The position numbers and the translations under genes were made by a program. Source: Octopus sinensis (taxonomy: Eukaryota). Taken from it: a DNA stretch of 64,000 nucleotides. Positions 25,824-37,189 of this stretch are shown one piece after another (the first letter of the stretch is position 1; each line of letters begins with the position of its first letter). The notes below the pieces were generated by a model, which was not told the origin of the DNA, did no database searches, and saw only the letters and a program-made list of their open reading frames with translations. The DNA is taken from assembly GCF_006345805.1 (NCBI RefSeq), contig NC_043005.1, forward strand, positions 72,168,001-72,232,000, read 5' to 3'.

Positions 25824-26989
25824 ATTATTATTATTATTATTATTATCATTATTATTTTTATTTCTCATATACTTAATCTTATCTTTAAAATGACTCCATA
25901 ATAAACATTGATTTACCTGTCAAGCATCTTATGAGATGCTAGATAGTAATACTTAGAGGTAATTTTAAAAAAATCAACCTGTCATTGGTTCAAATTCCTG
26001 TTTATATATTGTATTATGACTACATTAGATTTTTATTGTTATTTCCATGTATTTATATTTAAAGTGCTGTCAAAAATATAGGTTATGTTACAATTAACTG
26101 TATTTCCTAAGTTCAAATATTTGCATAGACTTGCATAGATTAATGATATTTTTCCTGAATTTGCAAAATTCCTCTTTATAAGTCACACTTAGTCTACACT
26201 GAATTCATCTTTTTTCTTTTGTTTTTGAATGGTGGGCTTTACAGCTATGATAGCCTTTTAATCCAGTGTAACCTGCACAGCCAACACACTCATACATTTA
26301 AAAGAAAGTTTAATCAATTCTTTCAGACAGATAGAACACTCATGAATAAAATTATAAACAGACTAATTGCTGAGATTTTTCAATGTAAAGTACTATTAGA
26401 CATTATCAGATCTGATTTGAGAGAGAAAAGAGAAACACAGCTTGTCTTTGACAACAGAGAAAGAAAAATATATATGTAAATCTTGTGATGCGGGTGATTC
26501 TTCAATTTAAGTGTTTTCTAGAATTTTTTTTTAATTCTTAGTTTTTATTTATTTATTTATTTATTAAATGATTAGCAATCAATTGCTATTTCTTAAATGG
26601 TAGCTTTTGGCTAGCAAAAATTTTATCAGAGCAGCAGGCCAAAGAAGAAGCCCATGCATGATCACCTACATACCAAAACAATATCATCCAATTGTCCCTC
26701 ATATTAATTGATCATAAAACACTAGTAGCAGGCTTAAGAAGGATTATATAATTGCCTGCTTACTAGAAATAGTAGCCAACTGTCCCTGAAATCAACTGAT
26801 TATAGAACACTTGTAGCAGATCAAAACAGGAGACTTTACATGACTGCCCACATGATCTAGAAGATCTGCCCACCACAGCAGAATTGTTATATTAAACCAC
26901 TTTGGTTAATGCTCCCCTCCTAACTGAAGAGGTTTTCTTTTGTCTTACACATTACTTGGTGGGCCTGTTGGTGCTCGTACCATATAAAA

Positions 26990-27295
26990 AACATCTATGC
27001 TGGTTCCACATAAAATGCACCTGTACCAGATCCACATAAAATGCACCTGTGCCAGAGCCACATAAAATGCACCTGTACCAGAGCCACATAAAAAGCACTT
27101 GTGCTGGTGCCATTTAAAATGTGCCCAATACACTCTGTAAAATGGTTGGCATTTGGCAGGGTATCCAGTCATAGAAACCAAGCCGAAATACATGAATGGA
27201 ACTTGGTGCTGCTCTCCAGCTTGCCAGCTCTAGCCAAACCATCCAACCAATGCCAGCATGGAAAACAGATGTTAAATGATGTTGATGATGATGTC
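26990..27295 (+). mobile_element. Family C element with internal 26-bp tandem array
   Basis: Unit ccacataaaatgcacctgtaccagag, about 5-6 copies at 26990-27130, followed by the standard family C 3' part. Confidence 0.8.
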
Positions 27296-27891
27296 CCTCA
27301 AATCACACTTCACTGCTTTAATATGGAAACACACATTAGATATTGCAGTTCTAGATTAACCTCCTAAAATGACAGTCTCTCCTCAACTGCAGTGTCTTTA
27401 ATCCTGGGTTTACTTGACATAGCGCAAAACAATGATAAGAGCATTACAAAATGTTAGTCTATGTTAGAGTTCTGACAATTTGTCAGTATTACTATGTATT
27501 TTTTTTTGTTTTTTTCTTTACAGTTTTGCCTTGTGTAAATGTTTTAAAAAATCTGGAAAGTATATGTCAAGTTTTTTTAATAAAAATATACGTGATTAGA
27601 AATTAGAAAAATCGATGTTCTGGTTAATTACTCATGATCATTACTATCATGAAAATACTTAGCCTAGTGGTTAGATTCAAGATAAAGTGTAGCAATCTCA
27701 GTAATTAAAATATCATAGAAACTGGTTGAACTCTGGCCTTATAAATTCTAGGTGTCGTCACAGACCTTAATTGTTACTATCAAAAATGTTGACCTGTCAG
27801 CTCATAAGTAATAGTAAAATTTACTGGACATTGTGGAGTAATGTGTTTTGCTTAATTTGTTTTTAGGTTGTGTTGGTTATTTAGCTCTCTT

Positions 27892-28126
27892 ACAAGGCAG
27901 TTAGCTGGCAGAAACGTTAGCGCACTGGGCGAAATGCTTAGCACTATTTTGTCTGTCATTACATTCTGAGTTCAAATTCCGCCGAGGTCAACTTTGCTTT
28001 TCATCCTTTTGGGGTCGATAAATGAAGTACCAGTTTCGCACTGGGGTCGATGTAATCAACTTAATCCCTCTGTCTGTCCTTGTTTGTCCCCTCTATTTTT
28101 AGTCCCTTGTGGGTAGTAAAGAAATA
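27892..28126 (+). mobile_element. Family A SINE, full length, with TSD
   Basis: Homologous to 17972-18201; TATTTAGCTCT at 27878-27888 and 28127-28137. Confidence 0.9.
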
Positions 28127-28342
28127 TATTTAGCTCTTTGATGGCAACATAGCCTCTGTTATTCAGGATATGCTCACAGCATGTTGCTTTATTTTATTTT
28201 ATTAAATTTGTCATAAAAGATAGTACAAAGATTAGGTAGCTTTGCAGGCTGGACAAGACATTAATGAAATGAATGATAAGGATGGAAGAAGACAGAAAGT
28301 GCCCGCCGACCCTCTGCTTCTCTGTAACATTGTTCTTTCACA

Positions 28343-28545
28343 AACATACATTGAGGTATTGAACCTCTTACATTTTTCAATATTTCAACATATGAGGTAT
28401 TAACCCTCTTACAATTTTTCGATATTTAACATATACATTAAGGTATTAAACCTCATTACAATTTTTCAACACATACAGCTTATTTGGATTAAAAAGTCCA
28501 TTTCAAATTTAACACATACGTGAGGCAATAAACCTCTTATACTAA
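28343..28545. repeat. Degenerate ~41-44-bp minisatellite with GAGGT..ACCTC micro-hairpin units
   Basis: Units aacatacattgaggtattgaacctcttacatttttc.. three times in tandem, plus a fourth copy at 28511-28542. Confidence 0.7.
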
Positions 28546-29674
28546 TCCCCACTTAACTCTCTTGCAGGGATTAAGCATGTTACTTAATAGATTTTATATG
28601 TTGCCTGGTTTAAAACCACTTCATACTTTTTGCAGGGACCACTTTTGGAAGTTGGTCTTCAATCTGGGTGTAACTGCTGACCTATATCCCAGCAATTTCA
28701 GAGGTCTTGAATTAAAAACAAAGAAACTCTTGGATGCTGCTTTTTTTTCCTCTCTTAAACAAGTCTCTGATATCCAAGAGGTTAAAAAGTGTCATTTGAA
28801 GGGCACCCAGGAATCATGACCCTGCTGTGGCCTGGCCCCCTTTGAGTGTGAGAAGTTAAGGACTGAAACACTTGCCTGAGAGGAGTTTCTTTTTTGAAGA
28901 ACTTCTGCAGCTCAACTCGAGAGTTTCTTACCACTAAATTAAAATAATTAAAACTAAAATATGTATACATATTCATTTGAGTAGCGCATACTAATGAAGG
29001 TATGTCATACATTTTTCAATCCAGGCAAAGACCTAGTAAAAATACATTCATGTATGAAAGAGCTTCAACAAGGCAGCGCTCACCTGCTAGAAATAGCAGC
29101 CAACTCACTCTCTGTTATCTTCAAATAGGTAGGGGACATTGGATAATCTAGTCTTCGATACATGATACTTGAACAATAAGAAGAGATAGTCACAGCTGGA
29201 TTGCCTATTAATACAAGTTTTTCTATTCATCCATTTCTTTGTACAAAAAGCTGCTACCTTTTAAAATGTCTTTCCCTTCTATTTCGTACACAAAGTAAAT
29301 TAAATTTCATAATACTTGTACCAGTTTAACTCACTAATATACTCAACTACTTCCTGTCAGTTTACAAGTGATTTTTTTGGACAATACCTCTTCTACTCAG
29401 ATGTAATCGTGTAAAAAGAAAAGTGTTCTTTTCCATGAATTAATGCAAATATCTGAATTTGCAAAAATACCTAATTCACTTTAGTAGTCTTTCAAGTGGA
29501 TTTGTTCTTGGCTTTTTAAGCTACAAAACTTCTTGTTATTTTGTTACCATTTCTTCTTTTCCTCTTCTCTGTCTCGGTTTTCTAATGGCATTGTGCAAGG
29601 TGAATGCATACAGCTCTTATATAACATACAAACATATAAATTTATTGGTTTACACACTGATTGGCTGGCAGTCT

Positions 29675-29908
29675 GGCGGTGAGCTGGCAGAAACATTAGC
29701 ACGCCGGGCAAAATGCTGAGCAATATTTCGTCTGGCGTTATGTTCTAAGTTCAAATTCTGCCGAGGTCGACTTTGCCTTTCTTCTTTTCGGGGTCAATTA
29801 AATAAGTACCAGTTACGCACTGGGGTCGATATAATCGGCTTAATCCATTTGTCTGTCCTTGTTTGTCCCCTCTGTGTATATCCCCTTGTGAGCAGTAAAG
29901 AAATAAGT
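29675..29908 (+). mobile_element. Family A SINE, full length
   Basis: ggcggtgagctggcagaaacattagc..gtaaagaaata. Confidence 0.9.
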
Positions 29909-30124
29909 ATAAGAGATATAAGTTGAGCTGGTAGAGTCATTAGCACAGTGGATGAAGTGCTTACCTGTATTCCTTTTGGCTCTTTATGTTCTGTGTTCAA
30001 AACCCAGTTAGTCAACTTCATTTTCATTCCTTCAGGGTCAATAAGATAAAGTGCGTGGCAAGAACCCGGGATGATGTAATCGATTTCTCCCCTCCCCTGT
30101 AATGGATCAGCATCTGATTCAGGG

Positions 30125-30470
30125 ATGGTTCCAGGTTCAGTCTCACTACAAGGCACCTTGGGCAAGTGTTGTCTACTATAGCCTCAGGCCAACCAAAGCC
30201 TAGTGAATGAATTTGGTTGACAGAAACTGAAAAAAACCTGTCATATGTATAAGTGTGCATGTGTGTCTTTGTGTTTGTCCTTCACCACTGTTTGGCAACT
30301 ACTGTTGGTTTGTTTATGTCCCTGTAACTTGGCAGTTTTGCAAAAGGTACTGATAAAATAAGTAACAGGCTTTAAAAAGAAAAAGTTCTAGGGTTGATTC
30401 ATTCAACTAAATATTTTTCAAGGCTGTGCTCCAGCATGGCCACAGTCTAATGACTGAAACAAATAAAAAA
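30125..30470 (+). mobile_element. Family B SINE
   Basis: ccaggttcagtctcactacaaggcaccttgggcaag..ccagcatggccacagtctaatgactgaaac. Confidence 0.85.
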
Positions 30471-31236
30471 TAAAGAAAATATATATATGTGTATGCATAA
30501 GTGTATATTTTTATAAACCACCAATCTTTAGAAGCATAGAAGACTAGGTGTAAAACTTTAAAACTATACAAGATGTCTAACTCTTTTTTGTTATATGTTT
30601 TAATTTTTTTTAGGGTTTCAAAATGTTTATTTTATGTACTTTGTACAAATGAAATTGAATTTTGGCAGAGAATGTAAAAATTAAGACTAGTTTGCATATA
30701 ACATACACACATCAAGTATTCCATTCAGTGTTTATAGATTTTCCAAGCTATTTGTGGTGGTCTTGGTTTTTTTTTTTTATGATTTTCTTTATGTTAATTT
30801 GGTTAATTATAAATATTAATTCTAACAGTCAAATATGTTTTACGCTGTGAGGGAGAAGGGAAGTCTAATGTTTCAAGTGCTTGTCTTTTTTAAGAGAGAG
30901 AGAATAAAGGTCTTATCACTAAGCTGCAAAATTGCAAATGAGATTAAAGCAAAAAAAAATAATGTGAAGAGTGTGATGCAATAAAGTAGAAGTAGTGAGA
31001 GAGTAGGTAAAAAAGAGAAGTTAGTGTGTAATGGTGTGAACAAGGAGGCGGGGTGATGTACTTAGTGTGGGAGTTATACATTGTGGAAAGTAGTAAAAGA
31101 GGTGGGAAAGAGAGGGTATGATTGAGATCCTTGATATTAATTCTTCAAGTGGATTTGTTCTTGGTTTTTAAAAAACTAAACAACTACTCATTATTTTCTA
31201 GTCTCCATTCTTCTTTTCTCTCTTTCTCTATGTGTA

Positions 31237-31267
<31 letters not shown>

Positions 31268-31559
31268 TTATGCATGTATATATATGCACTTTCAGTTCTC
31301 GTACATAGTGCACCTGCTCATTGATTTGTTACTGCACCTCCTACCCTCTGCTTCTTCCCTCCTCTCTATAAACTGCCTCAATTCTCTGCCTTAGTTCTCG
31401 TGGTTCCTCACATCACAGTTCCTCACAGCCTTTCAAATTTTTAAATTTATTTCTCCCTTATGAATTTTTATTAATCTGTTGTTCTCACTACTCCTGCCAG
31501 CTTATTCCCACTCTGCCCCTTTTCCTCCCCTGTTGTGTTTATACATGTGGCTAAGATCA

Positions 31560-31830
31560 GCTATCACCCAGGTGCAATTCTTGTGCCCAGGTGTTGTATA
31601 GTGCAGCAGGCATACACTCAACTTTACTCTTGTTTCAAGGTCATTCTTTGATGTATTCCATCCACAAACATCTTTGGCATCCTCTTGATCCTTCTTCCAC
31701 ATGCCAGGATGATCTTGGACACTGACCTGTGTTGGCCACACTGTATGTGTGGCCATACTAATGCATACACATCCCTTTATGCCTTGATTCTTTGGTCAGC
31801 CTTCTGCTTTATCTCTTAACTCATCCACCT
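31560..31830 (-). mobile_element. Highly degenerate RTE-type LINE ORF2 C-terminal fragment
   Basis: Minus strand YGHTYSV..VEEGSRGCQRCLWMEYIKE* resembles the RTE W.GH..EG.R.RGR.R.RW.D.IKE motif. Confidence 0.5.
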
Positions 31831-32109
31831 TGCCATCACCATTTCAATTGATATGTGTGGCCATGTTTCCCCTCATCTTTTCACTGTCTTCCTCATTACT
31901 CAACCTCTACACAACTCATACCCTACCCCATACTATTCACACCACTTCATACACTTCATATACTTTCTCCTCAACTTCCCACACATCACTTGAAATCTCT
32001 TCACTACATACCTTTTTTCACCCAGCTTCCATTTCTTTCTGCTTCCTCTGCAGAAAGACAAACATCCAAAATGTTAGATCTTATCATCTTCCTCATGATA
32101 TAAAGTACC

Positions 32110-32283
32110 AAATACACTCTATAAATTGGTTGGCATTAGGAAGGGCATCCAGCTATAGAACCCATGCCAGAACAGACTATGGAACCTGCTGTGGCACCTG
32201 GGCTTGCCAGTTCCTGCCAAACCATCCAACCCATGCCAGCATGGAAAACAGATGTTAAATGATGAGGATGATGATGATGATGA
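32110..32283 (+). mobile_element. Family C SINE-like element, 3' part
   Basis: ggttggcattaggaagggcatccagc..gcatggaaaacagatgttaaatgatgaggatg. Confidence 0.85.
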
Positions 32284-32741
32284 GCAGTTATTACTTTTTA
32301 CCAATACAGAACATCACTAGTTTCTTCAGTTCTGTTTTACTATAAACACTGTAGCTTCTCTTGAGAGGGCATTTAAATTCATTAATTTATAAATATAGTT
32401 ATTTATTTACTGACAGAGATGTAATGTTTTGATCAGATGAAAGTATAGATTAGGCTATATCACTTCTTCAATCACTAATTTCTTTTGAAATAGTAATATC
32501 CCTTGTGTGTCTTATTGCATTTACTTCTCTATGAAAACTCTAAAGAGTGGATAAAAAATCATTAGTCATAATTCTTAAACACTACAACTATTATGGTTAA
32601 GTTAATAAAATTAATATTGTTAATAAAAGAACCATTAAAGAACTAATTAAAAATAACTGCAGTAACAAAAAATTTCAAATTATAAAGAAAAAATTAGTCA
32701 ATGACTAACACTATTTTCATTTTTTCCAGCAAGTACAGGAA

Positions 32742-32790
32742 ATATCATAGGACATGTTTCAGTCATATTGTGACCTCATCAGCATAATAT
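32742..32790 (-). ncRNA. Minimal type I hammerhead ribozyme motif
   Basis: Minus strand ATATTATG-CTGATGA-GGTCACAATATGACT-GAAACATGTC-CTATGATAT: complete core (CUGAUGA, GAAA, GUC), 5-bp stem II, palindromic ACAUGU stem III and 8-bp bulged stem I. Confidence 0.75.
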
Positions 32791-33031
32791 ATATTATATT
32801 TACAACTGCCAAACGGCTGTTACAACTCCATCACTTTACAGTATCATGTTTCTATTAATACAAAATACCAATTCAGTCAATGATTTTACTTTAGCCATAT
32901 TGTTCTTTCTCTGTGTTAATTTTAACAGCAAATATTCATCTTGATGTTGTAATGTGTAACATTTTCCAGAAATTTGTCTGCAAAGATGATTTTTTTTTAT
33001 TGAATTTAATATTTTTTCATTTATTTTCCAG

Positions 33032-33239
33032 CTGTTTATGATATCGGTGCTGTTGCGCCAGATACGTACTGTGGCTATACAATACGAGGTGAAACCAAGC
33101 CTACTGGGTACATAGTATCACCAACATACCCTGGCATTTATCCAGACAACTTATTTTGCTACTATAAGCTACAAGGGAAACCAAAACAACGGATTAGATT
33201 AAAATTTGAAGATTTCTCACTATTTCACGGTGGAGAGTA
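33032..33239 (+). CDS. Internal coding exon (208 nt, phase 1 to phase 2) encoding the N-terminal half of a CUB domain of a multi-CUB extracellular protein (cubilin/tolloid/SOL-1-like annotation class)
   Basis: Acceptor ttattttccag| and donor |gtgagt. The open frame VYDIGAVAPDTYCGYTIRGETKPTGYIVSPTYPGIYPDNLFCYYKLQGKPKQRIRLKFEDFSLFHGGE(Y) has the CUB signature C..G.I.SP.YP..YP....C.Y......RIRL.F.DF.L. It is absent from the ORF track because it has no start codon. Confidence 0.93.
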
Positions 33240-33444
33240 GTGAGTATATAAAACTTTTTAATTCGTTATCTGAATATGATGTAGAAACCTGTGTGTTTAA
33301 TTGGTGAAATCTTATTGTTTTTGGGGTTTTTCTCTTGTCTTTGATTAACAATACATTATAAAAATATGAAAGGTGAAATACAGATTTTATGTAGCCCCTC
33401 TACAGCAAGAAACCTGTTCTGCTCTGACCCCTTCTCTTATATAC

Positions 33445-33529
33445 TCTTTTACTCTTTTACTTGTTTCAGTCATGTGACTGTGGCCATGCTGGGGGGGGGG
33501 GAATCAAACACAGACACACAAACATATAC

Positions 33530-33580
<51 letters not shown>

Positions 33581-33806
33581 TATAACTATATATATATAAT
33601 ATATATATATATATTATATATATATATATATACACATATATGACAGGCTTCTTTCAGTTTCCGTTGGACCAAATCCACTCACAAGGCTTTGTTTGGCCTG
33701 AGGCTATAGTAGAAGACACTTGCCCAAGGTGCCATGTAGTGGGACTGAACCCGGAACCATGTGGTTCATAAGCAAGCTACTTACAACACAGCCACTCCTA
33801 CGCCTA
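33445..33806 (-). mobile_element. Family B SINE with internal deletion fused at a G-run
   Basis: Tail joined via gccatgct-G11-aatcaaacacagac to (CA)/(TA)n and an intact head ending ..cagccactcctacgcc. Confidence 0.88.
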
Positions 33807-33954
33807 TAAGACAGAAATTAGAATGTAATAAATTGTTTTAAAAGAAATTTAAAGTGCCTATGTGATAACTGTAAACCTACTTTTGGGCCACCTTGTACAT
33901 CATTACACTATGTTTCATAATTTGCTCTTTGTTTATTTTCATATGCTTGGTGAA

Positions 33955-34275
33955 GGTGCATGGCATAGTGGTTAGGATATTTGGCGCATGATAATAAGGT
34001 CAGGAGTTTGAATCCTGGCAGTGTTTTGTGTCCTTGGGCCGGACACTTTATTTCACATTGCTCCAGTCAACATAGTTGGCAAAAATGGGTTGTACCTGTA
34101 GTTCAAAAGGCCAGCCTTGTCACATTTTCTATCACACTTTATCTTTATCTCTCTGACAACTACATGACAATTACTCATGTCTGTGGAGTGCTGAGCAGCT
34201 TACACATTCATTTCACGAGCAGACTGTTCTGTTGATCAGATCAACTGGAACCCTTTCCATTGTGACTCCAAAAAG
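33955..34275 (+). mobile_element. Family D tRNA-derived SINE
   Basis: A-box-like tggcatagtggttagg and B-box-like gagtttgaatcc, then gtgtccttggg..cactttatttcacattgctccagtc; antisense relic near 57840-58030. Confidence 0.7.
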
Positions 34276-35390
34276 TCCCATTTTATTATTATTATTTTTA
34301 TATGCTTGAAAACACAGACACACTTTTGTTCTTTTATTACATACACATACATGTATGTGTACACACACACACACATGCATATACACAAGATGGGTAAGAT
34401 GGATAATGTTGGGAGTATACTTTTGTAACTGTGGGTAATGTTATTCAATGTTACATTAAGACGTACAATACAATGTCTGAAATAGAAAGTGTCTCTGTAC
34501 ACATTGAGTGTGTGTGTGCACATGAGAACACATGTGTGTTTGAGAGAGAGAGAGCATGTGTTTGTATATGCGTGCATATATATATGTGTGGATGTGTGAG
34601 TGTGCATTTGAAGGCATACATACATACATATGTGTGTATATATATATATGTGCATGTATGAAAGATGCTTATGTCAACAGATTTGCATTTTCCTGATTCT
34701 GAAATTGAAGCCAATCTCTGCAAAGTAATCCTTCAGATTGAATTATTGTAAAGTAGATTTAGTTCTTGATCCAGCTGGGATTTTATATGTAAACTCATCT
34801 TCACGCACATGCACAACACGTTCTCATATGTGCTCATGCAAACATACCTTCACACACTACTACTACATGCATACATACATGCATGCATATTACGCAAAGA
34901 CATGCACACAAAGAGGGAAATACTTTCCAAACTTTTTGAATGTGACTGCTGATAAATGAACCTGTAATGTTCAGATCCAGAGGTTGATGTTGATACTGTA
35001 TTCACTTACAAAACTGCTAGTTTATCTCTTTAGTGTAGCACAACCTGCTAGAAATAGCAGATAAAATCTTTTAAATCACATCCAATCGCTTAATACAAGA
35101 AAGACACATTTTAAGTAACTCCAGATGTGTGAAATATAAAAAAAAAAAAGGAATTTCTTTGATAGTATGACTGTTCGAATATTAATATAACAATATTAAT
35201 GTAACATGATAATCTTTGTGTTCTAGACTTCTCGAGAATATTCTGTGTTTAAATCCATTTTCATGGTGTTAACTTTTTGTTACCATAATACTAAATCACT
35301 AATGCATTAACTGTGATGCAATCATATTTTTAAATAATGAAAAATTGAACAAAATAACATTATCATCATTAAGCTGGTGTCTGGAACAAA

Positions 35391-35565
35391 TTAACCCTTT
35401 GCGTGGTCTAACCAGTCAGATCACACATACCCTGCAGTGCTGTTCTAAAAATTACCATCACCTCATCAAAATTTTGAAGCTACAAAACTATGCATGTTTA
35501 ATTAAAAACAATTTGAATGAACAAGCATCACATGTGTCAGAATAATCTGAATACTCAAGGGTCAA
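35391..35565. mobile_element. TTAA-flanked piggyBac-like MITE, family 1
   Basis: TTAA-CCCTTTGCG ... TGAATACTCAAGGG-TCAA; homologous to 36638-36839. Confidence 0.7.
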
Positions 35566-36060
35566 TCTATTGCTCTCACCATCCCTTCTAGCTCATTCCC
35601 ACTCTGTCCTCTTACTGGCCTGCCATGTTATGTAGTCATCATAAGCTATTAATCAGGTGCCTTCTTGTATCCAGGGATTGGCTTGTCATAGACAAGCCAT
35701 TCCTATATTATTGTATATTAATCACGAAACAATAAAATTGATGTTTTCTGCTTCAGCAATATCTTTCCATTACCACCTCTAGGTACAGTTTTCATATCCA
35801 CTGCTAAGATTATTTCATTCTTGCTCCTTAGATGAAATATGTGAAAAAAATTAAGAGAATCTAGAAAATTATCTTTTGCAAAAAGTGACACTGGAAATGT
35901 TTCAGCTTCTCTCTGCATAAGGAGGGAGATTTTTTTAAAAATCTTTGTATAAAACATCTTTCTGCAGTTAATGGTAATAAAATTTTCAGAAGATATATCC
36001 GCTTTCTACGTTCAAAGGGTTAACATAAAATTTTGAGGGAAGATTTTAGCTTAGACCACT

Positions 36061-36348
36061 TTAACCTTTTTGTTACCGTATTTCTTTTAGGATGCTCTGT
36101 GTTTCTTTTAATTAATTTTAAATATAACAAAGAATTTAGTAAAATAACTCAGTTATCATTAAGCTAGTGTTAGGAACATGAATTGTGACTAAGGTTTGGT
36201 GGAAGATTTTAATTCAAAACTTACGAAATAAGACATTTGTTTCAGAGCCAGAGGGGGTTTCAGGCAGGTTGGTATCAAAAGGGTTAAAACGGTATTTGTA
36301 TCACAGAACGAGGAGTGGTCTCAGGTGGATTAGTATCAAAAGGGTTAA
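36061..36348. mobile_element. TTAA-flanked piggyBac-like MITE, family 2, with duplicated right end
   Basis: TTAA-CCTTTTTGTTAC ... GTATCAAAAGGG-TTAA (36287), with a second ..gtatcaaaagggttaa at 36348; homologous to 62421-62647. Confidence 0.8.
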
Positions 36349-36637
36349 ACAAGTGAAATATAACCAATCCATCTGTGGATGTTTCCAGAAGCACTTATGC
36401 TTACATTGGGTATATGTAGTTGAACTGAGACATAGCAAATTAAAACTGTTGTCCAAATACCCAATAAAATATCTTCGGTTGTTGTGAGCTGATATTCCAT
36501 TAACACATCCACTTGGCCAACAGTAATCTGTGCATACATACTAACGTACCTTCACAGAGACCCCTGCATAAACACATTAATGCACAAAGACATATACACT
36601 CATGTGCATACAACATACATGCGCATGATACAAACAT

Positions 36638-36839
36638 TTAATCCTCTAGCATTTAAACAGGCCCATATCTGGCCCAAATTTTGATCCTGGTCCCTCACAC
36701 CTACCCTACAATATTATGCTAAAAGTAAACAATCACATCATCGTAGTTTCAAAGTTACATGATAATGCATGATAAATTCATAACAATGTGAATAAAAAGG
36801 CATATATTTAACAGAGTAATCTGAATACGAAAGGGTTAA
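36638..36839. mobile_element. TTAA-flanked piggyBac-like MITE, family 1
   Basis: TTAA-TCCTCTAGCATT ... TGAATACGAAAGGG-TTAA. Confidence 0.75.
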
Positions 36840-37061
36840 TTACACAAGCCAGTGAAGGGGTCACTACATTGTTCCTCAATCTTATTTATTCTTCAGTCTA
36901 GTACTTACTCTGTCTCTATCTTTTGCTGAACCACTAAGTTATGGGAATGGAAACAAATCAACACCGGTTCTCAAACAGTGAAGGAATAAACACAACTACA
37001 CATGCACACACCAACACACATATATAGATATAGCAGGCTTCCCACAGTTTCTTTCTACTAA

Positions 37062-37111
37062 ATATGATTTGAGGGGGGTGTGTGACGTCACACATACCCC
37101 TCAAATTATAT
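37062..37111. other. 40-50-bp palindrome centred on TGACGTCA
   Basis: atttgaggggggtgtgTGACGTCAcacatacccctcaaat (37067-37106), with two mismatched pairs. Confidence 0.85.
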
Positions 37112-37189
37112 ACTACTATCTTTAAAAAATGGAGTATACACTGTTTATTGTAGTCCTGGATAAAAAGTCTGAAAATAATATCCTTTTTA

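Noticed and set aside
26219-26479. 86-aa plus-strand ORF with possible AG and GT boundaries
   Set aside because: No CUB or other motif, and the length is compatible with chance; not supportable as an exon.
28562-28819. 85-aa ORF in the unexplained block
   Set aside because: No recognisable motif; kept only as part of the unexplained-block finding.
32722-32800. Strong-looking alternative acceptor tttttccag at 32730
   Set aside because: Stops follow quickly and no donor is apparent; the downstream sequence is the antisense hammerhead.
33955-34030. tRNA-like A and B boxes here and at SINE heads
   Set aside because: No cloverleaf or acceptor stem; they continue into SINE bodies, so they are not tRNA genes.
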